A stretch of DNA of 64,000 bases, from contig JAAXJX010000023.1 of assembly GCA_012269595.1 (NCBI GenBank), positions 996-64,995 on the forward strand. Direction: 5' to 3'. The stretch's first letter is position 1. The number at the start of each line of letters is the position of its first letter. The DNA is from Planctomycetia bacterium (GTDB lineage: Bacteria; Planctomycetota; UBA8108; UBA1146). Shown here one piece after another: positions 57,657-64,000 of the stretch. The notes under the pieces are model-generated. The model made no database searches. It was not told where the DNA came from and worked only from the letters and a program-made list of their open reading frames with translations. A program made the position numbers and the translations under genes.

Positions 57657-59159
57657 TTGAAAATCCAGGCATTGGGACACTCCTGTTTCATCCTTGAAAT
57701 GGAAAACACCTCCGGTGAACCGGTGAGAATTCTCGCCGATCCCTGGCTCGACGATCATGTGGTCGGCGATGTCGGCGGCCGCTTTCCGCGGGTACGGGCG
57801 GACTGGTCCCGACTGGGTCCCGTCGACGCCGTGTGGATCTCCCACGCCCACACCGATCACCTGTGTCCCTATTCGCTGATCACCCTGAAAGGGGAGCTCC
57901 CCGCGGGCACGGCTCTCTTCCTGCCAATCAGCATGGCCTATCTCGAGGATGTCTTCCGTGAGTATCTGCCCGACTGGCCGATTCATTTCATGGCTCAGGA
58001 AGAAGCGATCGAATGGAAGGGTCTGCAGATGCAGGCCTTCTTCAACCTGGCCCCCGAGGCCAGCAACGAAGATGACTGCATGATTCTGTTGGTCAGCAAT
58101 GGCCGTGAGGCGATCCTCTCCGAAGCAGATGCCCTGCTGCCCAATGAGGATCCGGAGATTCGGGAACTGGTGGCACAGGTTCTGGGTCAGGCGGGCCCCG
58201 AGCAAAGGGTCTTCCTTACCACCCGCAATGAACTGGAAGCATCCATGGCCAGTGTCGATGCAACCAATCAGGATGAACGGATGGAAGCGGTCGCCCAGCA
58301 GAGACAGCAGCTGGCCCACCATGCCGAATCGCAAATGTCCGCCAACGGCAGTGAAAACTGTGCGTGGACCACCCCCGGGACCGTACGCCTGATCATCGGT
58401 CAGGGCATCGGTCTCCCCCATGAGATTCCCGATCCGTGGAACAAGGTCATGTTCCCGCTGACGCTGGAAGACCGGGCCCGTCTCGAGCAGGAAACTGCGG
58501 ATCGTGAAGGGATGCCGGTGACCGTTTCAGCGGTGCAGGCGGGAGAAGAACTGACGATCCGTCGTGGCCAGATCGCCATCCGCGATCGCATCGAAGGTCT
58601 TGAGGTCCTCGATGCCGAAGAGGAGCGCCGCTTTGACGGCAACCTGGATCTGGTGGCCCAGTTTCCGGTCGCTCCCCTGCGTGAGGGACAGCGGGACACC
58701 GAAGCCCAGCACGCCGCAATCCTGCAATCGTTGCAGGAGCGTTACCTGCCCTATCTCATCGGCCAACGTCAACCACCGGTGGAGCACCGTCTCTCAGCGA
58801 GTCACGGTGAAATCCGCGTGCGCATTCGCTATGGCGATTCATCCCAGTGGACCCCCCGTGATTACGTCGCCAACTTCCAGCAGCTGCAATTTCAGGAAGT
58901 GGAATCAGACGGAGTTCCGACGGAAGAATACTGGGGTAACGATCTCGACGACTACTTTCAGGGAACCGCCGACGACTTCACGACCTTCTGCCGTACCTTC
59001 CCCGGTGGAGTACACCACCAGTTCTGGGACTGTCTCGGCATGCCGTTCCTGAACAACGATCTGGTCACCAGGAAGATCCGCCACCACTTCGAACAGGCAC
59101 AGGCCGGCAAAAGCGCCGCCGACTTCGTCCTGCCGCTTTGGGGAATTTCCTCGGACTGA
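57657..59159 (+). CDS. MBL-fold metallo-hydrolase with an about 330-aa uncharacterised C-terminal extension (start tentative, TTG at 57657)
   Basis: LKIQALGHSCFILE ... ADPWL ... VWISHAHTDH motifs of the metallo-beta-lactamase fold. Confidence 0.6.
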   Translation: MKIQALGHSCFILEMENTSGEPVRILADPWLDDHVVGDVGGRFPRVRADWSRLGPVDAVWISHAHTDHLCPYSLITLKGELPAGTALFLPISMAYLEDVFREYLPDWPIHFMAQEEAIEWKGLQMQAFFNLAPEASNEDDCMILLVSNGREAILSEADALLPNEDPEIRELVAQVLGQAGPEQRVFLTTRNELEASMASVDATNQDERMEAVAQQRQQLAHHAESQMSANGSENCAWTTPGTVRLIIGQGIGLPHEIPDPWNKVMFPLTLEDRARLEQETADREGMPVTVSAVQAGEELTIRRGQIAIRDRIEGLEVLDAEEERRFDGNLDLVAQFPVAPLREGQRDTEAQHAAILQSLQERYLPYLIGQRQPPVEHRLSASHGEIRVRIRYGDSSQWTPRDYVANFQQLQFQEVESDGVPTEEYWGNDLDDYFQGTADDFTTFCRTFPGGVHHQFWDCLGMPFLNNDLVTRKIRHHFEQAQAGKSAADFVLPLWGISSD

Positions 59160-59160
59160 A

Positions 59161-60303
59161 TCAGCCCTCCAGCAGGTGGCGGGCGATGATGATTCGCTGA
59201 ATCTGGTTGGTGCCTTCGTAGATCTGCATCACCTTGGCATCGCGCATCAACTTCTCGACCGGGTATTCCTTGGAGTAACCGTAGCCACCAAAGATCTGTA
59301 CCGCGTCAGTGGAGACCCGCATCGCCATATCCCCGGCGAAGCACTTGGCCATCGAGCACTGCTTGGTGTTGCGGGTGCCCTGATCGATCATCCATGCGGA
59401 CTGGTAGGTGAGCAAACGGGCCGCTTCCACATCCCGGGCCATGTCGGCGAGCATGAACTGGATCGCCTGCTGGCGAGCGATAGGCTTGCCGAAGGCTTTA
59501 CGCTCCTGGGCATAGCGCACGGACTCTTCGAGGGCACGGCGACCGATGCCGACCGCAGCAGCAGCGACGCCGGGACGGGTGCGATCGAAGGTCTTCATGG
59601 CGATCTGGAAGCCCTTGCCCTCGTCGCCGATACGATTTTCAACCGGGACTTTGACATCCTGGAAGTTGATGAAGACCGTGTTGGAGGCACGCTGGCCCAT
59701 CATGTCTTCCTTCTTGCCGATGTCGATGCCGTCTGCATCCGCAGGGATGACGAAACAGGTGATGCCCTCGTAGCCACTGCCGGGATCGGTGGTGGCGAAG
59801 AGGGTAAAGAAGCGGGAGTGGGCTCCGCCGGAGACCCAGGCCTTGGTGCCGTTGATCACGTAGTGATCCCCCTGCAATACCGCGGTGGTCCGCAGACCGG
59901 CGGCATCACTGCCGGCGTCCGGCTCGGAGAGACAGTAGGAGGCGGTGCAGTGCTCCTCGGTGAGCATGCCGAGCCACTTCTGCTTCTGCTCTTCGGTACC
60001 GCCGATCTGGATCGGCACGGAGGAGAGATTATTGACGGTCATGCTGATGGCCATGCCGGCACAGCCGTAGGCGAGCTCTTCGGTGATGATCGCCTCTTCC
60101 ATGTGTCCCAGATCTCCGCCGCCGTAGGCATCGGCGATGGTGATGTTCATCAGGCCCAGTTCGAAGGCTTTGGAGGCGATTTCCGTCGGATACAGACCAT
60201 CCCGATCGTGGTGCTCGGCGGCGGGAATCACTTCGTTGGCGACAAACTCGCGGGTCATCGCCTCGAGCATCTGCTGTTCTTCGGAGAGGGCAAAGGAGAC
60301 CAT
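59161..60303 (-). CDS. Acyl-CoA dehydrogenase (short/branched-chain type)
   Basis: Full ACAD three-domain layout, catalytic-base region YEGTNQIQRIIIAR. Confidence 0.9.
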   Translation of the reverse strand: MVSFALSEEQQMLEAMTREFVANEVIPAAEHHDRDGLYPTEIASKAFELGLMNITIADAYGGGDLGHMEEAIITEELAYGCAGMAISMTVNNLSSVPIQIGGTEEQKQKWLGMLTEEHCTASYCLSEPDAGSDAAGLRTTAVLQGDHYVINGTKAWVSGGAHSRFFTLFATTDPGSGYEGITCFVIPADADGIDIGKKEDMMGQRASNTVFINFQDVKVPVENRIGDEGKGFQIAMKTFDRTRPGVAAAAVGIGRRALEESVRYAQERKAFGKPIARQQAIQFMLADMARDVEAARLLTYQSAWMIDQGTRNTKQCSMAKCFAGDMAMRVSTDAVQIFGGYGYSKEYPVEKLMRDAKVMQIYEGTNQIQRIIIARHLLEG

Positions 60304-60500
60304 GGAGGCCCTTTCTGGCAGGGGGAGCGGGAAAGGCAGACAGCCTTTCGGTTCCCGGTTACCTTATAGGAGTAATCTGTCGCTTCCCGCCTGAAGATGC
60401 AAGGAAAGCCGGCAGTTCGGACGTGTTGGCAGGCCTGAGATCCGGTCCCTGAGGATCTGTTTCAGTCCTATTTTCAGTGCCCATTTTGAAGGAGATCCCG

Positions 60501-61580
60501 GTGGCCAAGGTTCTGATGGCGATGAGCGGTGGAGTCGATTCCAGCGTGGCTGCCCAGATGCTCCAGGCTGAGGGTCACGAAGTGATCGGTGCCTTCCTGC
60601 GCCTCGGCGAAGGGGGCCACGCTGCCGAGAAGAGCAAGGCGTGCTGTACGGTGGAAGATGCCATCGATGCCCGCCGGGTAGCGGACCGCCTCGATATCCC
60701 CTTCTACTCCTTCAACTACGCCGAACGCTTCCGTCGCATCATCGACTACTTCGTCGATGAATACCGCGATGGCCGCACCCCCAACCCCTGTGCCCGTTGC
60801 AACCAATGGATCAAGTTTGATGTCTTCCACGACCTCGCCCGCGAGCTCGGTGCGGAATACGTCGCCACCGGTCACTACGCGCGCATCATTGAAGAGTCGG
60901 ATGGGCCCCGTCTCGCCCGCGGCATCGATGGAGACAAGGATCAGTCCTACTTTCTGGCGACCATCCCGTACCCGGTTCTGAAAGAATGCCTGTTTCCAGT
61001 GGGTCACCTGCACAAGCAGGAGGTGCGTGAGAAAGCCGGTCTCGGACATTTGCCCGTGGTCGACAAGGCGGAGAGTCAGGAGATCTGTTTCGTTCCCGCC
61101 AATGACTACCGAAGAGTGATTCGCCAGCAGGCTCCGGAGAGTCTCGTCGAAGGGGATATCGTCGATGAGTCCGGGGACAAGCTCGGGACTCACGAGGGAT
61201 ACGCCGCCTACACCGTCGGCCAGCGCCGCGGTCTGGGAGTGGCCTCCACCGAGCCGAAGTACGTCGTCAAAACCGATCGCCAGACCAATCAGGTCGTCCT
61301 CGGCACCCGCGACTCACTGATGGAGGATCGGTTCTACGTCTCCGAAATGAACTGGCTGCTGCCGGAAGCGCCCACCATGCCGCTGAAGTGCTCGGTGCAG
61401 ATCCGCCACGGCGGTGCGCCGCAGCCATGCACCGTCCAATCCCAGGAGATCGAGGGGGTCGACGGCAGCTGGCTCGAGGTGGTCCTCGAAAAACCGCTCT
61501 TCGCCATCGCTTCGGGACAGGTCGCCGCCTTCTACACCGAAGACACGGTGCTCGGCGGTGGCTGGATCGAGAAGGCGTGA
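60501..61580 (+). CDS. mnmA: tRNA-specific 2-thiouridylase MnmA (GTG start at 60501 preceded by GGAGA)
   Basis: PP-loop [23 protein letters not shown], catalytic Cys context. Confidence 0.9.
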   Translation: MAKVLMAMSGGVDSSVAAQMLQAEGHEVIGAFLRLGEGGHAAEKSKACCTVEDAIDARRVADRLDIPFYSFNYAERFRRIIDYFVDEYRDGRTPNPCARCNQWIKFDVFHDLARELGAEYVATGHYARIIEESDGPRLARGIDGDKDQSYFLATIPYPVLKECLFPVGHLHKQEVREKAGLGHLPVVDKAESQEICFVPANDYRRVIRQQAPESLVEGDIVDESGDKLGTHEGYAAYTVGQRRGLGVASTEPKYVVKTDRQTNQVVLGTRDSLMEDRFYVSEMNWLLPEAPTMPLKCSVQIRHGGAPQPCTVQSQEIEGVDGSWLEVVLEKPLFAIASGQVAAFYTEDTVLGGGWIEKA

Positions 61581-62059
61581 CCTTGGACTCCCGTTGGCTC
61601 GATGAACAGCTCGGCAACTGGGTCAGCGATTTCCTCATCGATGACGCCGGGCAAAAGGTCTCAAAAGAGATGGCTCCCCATGCCGGTGGAATTCTCAAGG
61701 CCTTTATCACTGCGGCCTGTGAATACCAGGGCAACACCGCTGACCAGCTGGGTGAAGATGATATTCGTCACAGTCTGCTCGATCATCTCCCCCGCCTCGA
61801 TCTGCCTTTGTCGATCAAGAGTGGCATTCCCGAGATCCTGAGGGGATTTGTGGAAGATCTGGGTCAGCGGGGTCGACTCGCTGAATCGCAAACGCTGAGT
61901 GCGCTGATTCACGCCCTCACCCCCGAGTACCTGCAACGGATTGAGGGCAAGACTCCGACCCTGACCCGGGTGGCAGCCAAGATCGGTCGCAACGATCCGT
62001 GCCCCTGCGGCAGTGGCAAAAAATACAAGAAGTGCTGCCTCAATCTTCTGGACTCCTGA
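61577..62059 (+). CDS. SEC-C motif domain protein (metal-binding C-terminus [17 protein letters not shown]); the start GTG overlaps the mnmA stop
   Basis: C-terminal SEC-C zinc motif; the rest alpha-helical, unassigned. Confidence 0.55.
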   Translation: MTLDSRWLDEQLGNWVSDFLIDDAGQKVSKEMAPHAGGILKAFITAACEYQGNTADQLGEDDIRHSLLDHLPRLDLPLSIKSGIPEILRGFVEDLGQRGRLAESQTLSALIHALTPEYLQRIEGKTPTLTRVAAKIGRNDPCPCGSGKKYKKCCLNLLDS

Positions 62060-62066
62060 TCCACAC

Positions 62067-62108
62067 AAAAAAATCCCTCCCCGTGAACCGAAGTCCACGA
62101 GGAGGGGG
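62067..62108 (-). terminator. Rho-independent terminator of the PKD-protein gene (stem CCCTCC...GGAGGG with an inner CGTG/CACG helix, followed on the minus strand by a T7 tract)
   Basis: seen directly; immediately downstream of the stop at 62136. Confidence 0.5.
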
Positions 62109-62135
62109 GATGGGCCGTCCATGAGGAATTTTCAA

Positions 62136-64000
62136 TCAGGGCGCCGGTGTCACATCGATCTGGATCGGTTCCATGACCGGAGCGATGGAAACATTGTCCA
62201 CCACCAGAACTGAAATGATCGGCGGATTGCCCAGAGTGTTGCAGAACTGCAGCGAGGTGCTGCCTTCCTGTAATCCCGAGTAGGTGATCCGGTTGATCTC
62301 CAGATCCTGAGTGGCAGGAAGGGTCGCCGAGGCGGTGAAACTGATCACCACTCCCGCGGTATAACCATCCGCATGAATCTGCGTGATCTCGAAGTCGGGC
62401 GGGTTGCCGTTGTTGATGGTGGTCAAACCCAATCCGCCCTCTGCACTCACACAGTTGAGAGACAGGTTGTCGTGGCACAGACCATAACTCCAGGCCTGAA
62501 CTTCTGACCCGGCTTCATTGTGATCGAGGCGGATGCTGACTTCGGTGGTCTCCCCCACTGCCACTGAGGAATCGGTTCCCTCAAGGCGGTAGGGCGGTGC
62601 TTCAGTCACCGTGATGCAAACCGGGCAGATCACGGTGTCATTGCCGGCAGGGCCGGAGACTACAAGCGTGATGGAGTAGTTGCCGGGTGTCATGAAGGTG
62701 TGCGACGGATTCTGCAGCACCGAAATACCACCATCTCCAAAGTTCCAGAACCAGAAGTTGATTTCACCCTGGGAGTTGTCGGAGAAGTTGACCGTGAAGG
62801 GAGCCTCTCCCACCACTGAGTCGATCTGCATATTGGCGATCGGCGGCGGAGACTGGACCTCGGCACAACCGAGACAGATCTTCGTATCGGATCCACCGGG
62901 GCCGGTGACGGTCAGCGTGATGTCATAGCTTCCGGACGAGGCGTAGGAATGGGTCGGATTCTGCTCGGTGGAAGTCGCTCCATCTCCGAACTGCCACAAC
63001 CATGAATCGATCACTCCGGTGGAGAGATCGGTGAAGCCGATGCTCATGTCGTAGATTCCCCCGACCGGCTGGGCCGCAAGATCGGCGACAGGTGGCAACT
63101 CCTGAATGAAGATGCAGTCGGTGCACACATGGGTATCGGTTCCACCCGGTCCGGTCACCGTCAGGCTGACCGTGTAAGTCCCGGATGCCGCGTAAGAGTG
63201 AACCGGCTGGGCAAGGGTCGAAGTCGTTCCGTCACCGAAGTCCCACAGGTGGGAGGTCACCGGGTTTGTGGACAGATCGGTGAAGGTCAGATCGTCTCCG
63301 ATGACTGCACTGTCTGTTGAAACACTGAAGTTGGCCACTGGAGCCGGGTCGAGAACGGTGATGCAATCGGTGCAGACCATCGTGTCACTGCCGCCGGGAC
63401 CGTTGACCGTCAGGGTCACCACGTAGGTGCCCGGTGTGGTGTAGGTGTGCAGCGGATTCTCTGCGCTGGAGGTACTGCCGTCCCCAAAGCTCCAGAGGTA
63501 ACCACTGATGGGCCCCGTGGATTCATTGGTGAACTGGACCGGCAGATCCCAGGTGCCCGACGTGGTCGAGGCAGAGAAAGCAGCACTGGGCGGCGGCGAA
63601 GCCACGGTAATGCAGGAACCACAGATGGCCGTATCAGTGCCACCCGGACCAGTCACCGTCAAGGTCACCGTAAACAGTCCTGCAGAGGTGTAGGTGTGGG
63701 TCGGGTTCTCCTCGGTTGAGGTCGAACCATCACCAAAGTTCCATGCATAGCTGGTCACGGGCCCGGTCGAAGTGTTGGTGAACTGGACCGCAAGATCGTA
63801 GATGCCGGAGTTTACGGAAACATCGAAGGACGCCACCGGCGCCGGATCTTCGACGCGAATGCAGCCTTGACAGATCTCCGTATCGGAGCCTCCGGGACCG
63901 GTCACGGTGAGGGAGACGGTGTAATCCCCCGCAGTCGTGTAGGTATGACTGGGAGAAGCCATCGATGAAGAGCTGCCGTCACCAAAGTCCCACAGGTAAC
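62136..64000 (-). CDS. Large surface protein with at least 6 tandem PKD domains and a C-terminal about 150-aa cohesin-like domain; partial, the 5' end lies beyond the right edge
   Basis: Repeated W[NSDQ]FGDG.TS...P.H[ST]Y...G.Y.V.LTV.GPGG blocks; C-terminal domain homologous to the N-terminal domain of the dockerin protein at 25955-27304. Confidence 0.75.
   Translation of the reverse strand, partial: YLWDFGDGSSSSMASPSHTYTTAGDYTVSLTVTGPGGSDTEICQGCIRVEDPAPVASFDVSVNSGIYDLAVQFTNTSTGPVTSYAWNFGDGSTSTEENPTHTYTSAGLFTVTLTVTGPGGTDTAICGSCITVASPPPSAAFSASTTSGTWDLPVQFTNESTGPISGYLWSFGDGSTSSAENPLHTYTTPGTYVVTLTVNGPGGSDTMVCTDCITVLDPAPVANFSVSTDSAVIGDDLTFTDLSTNPVTSHLWDFGDGTTSTLAQPVHSYAASGTYTVSLTVTGPGGTDTHVCTDCIFIQELPPVADLAAQPVGGIYDMSIGFTDLSTGVIDSWLWQFGDGATSTEQNPTHSYASSGSYDITLTVTGPGGSDTKICLGCAEVQSPPPIANMQIDSVVGEAPFTVNFSDNSQGEINFWFWNFGDGGISVLQNPSHTFMTPGNYSITLVVSGPAGNDTVICPVCITVTEAPPYRLEGTDSSVAVGETTEVSIRLDHNEAGSEVQAWSYGLCHDNLSLNCVSAEGGLGLTTINNGNPPDFEITQIHADGYTAGVVISFTASATLPATQDLEINRITYSGLQEGSTSLQFCNTLGNPPIISVLVVDNVSIAPVMEPIQIDVTPAP
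62640..64000 (-). repeat. Tandem intragenic repeats (period about 260 bp) encoding successive PKD domains
   Basis: at least six near-identical motif sets in the translated ORF. Confidence 0.6.

Noticed and set aside
62640-64000. Tandem repeats that could have been a CRISPR-like or satellite array
   Set aside because: The period is about 260 bp, the copies are divergent, and they lie within a continuous ORF encoding PKD domains. They are intragenic domain repeats, not a spacer-repeat array.

Overview
This is a GC-rich (about 60%) bacterial chromosomal segment with dense, mostly housekeeping coding on both strands. There are no rRNA genes, transposases, integrases or CRISPR arrays. One tRNA is present: tRNA-Leu(TAG) at 41083-41164. 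Lineage looks Planctomycetota-like by inference only: a fused SecDF, a dockerin protein, a multi-PKD surface protein, a large HEAT-repeat protein and many 4-bp start/stop overlaps. Five long same-strand clusters are recognisable: (1) minus strand psd-pssA-folK-panC-ispE-spoVG; (2) minus strand ruvB-spoIID-like-tgt-yajC-secDF; (3) minus strand gldA/gldF/gldG-like ABC-DUF4340-tdk-M32 carboxypeptidase-oxidoreductase/polyferredoxin; (4) plus strand GT4-rhomboid-DUF445; (5) plus strand Ser/Thr kinase-STAND-TPR, then GAF/sigma-54 activator, DUF503 and an MBL hydrolase. Other calls include a truncated dsbD with a glutaredoxin-like partner, kdsA, a GT2 glycosyltransferase, a class-3 (ReAV-type) asparaginase, eno, ribBA, archaeal-type apgM, an aldehyde dehydrogenase, a ThuA-like protein, an acyl-CoA dehydrogenase and mnmA. 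The most unusual items follow. A frameshifted FAD-oxidoreductase::NapH-like polyferredoxin gene lies at 30495-32757. A free-standing archaeal ThrRS-editing/DTD2-like protein sits divergent from a STAND kinase. A SpoVG carries an inserted C4 zinc ribbon. An about 150-aa domain is shared between a dockerin protein and a PKD protein and may be a cohesin-like partner. DsbD has a duplicated alpha domain. An orphan ArsS-like radical SAM gene is present. Several clean rho-independent terminators are visible. I did not identify a single unambiguous novel system such as a defence island; the candidates above are ranked by interest in the findings. Many long ORFs on the six-frame track are antisense shadow ORFs of real genes, as expected at this GC content.
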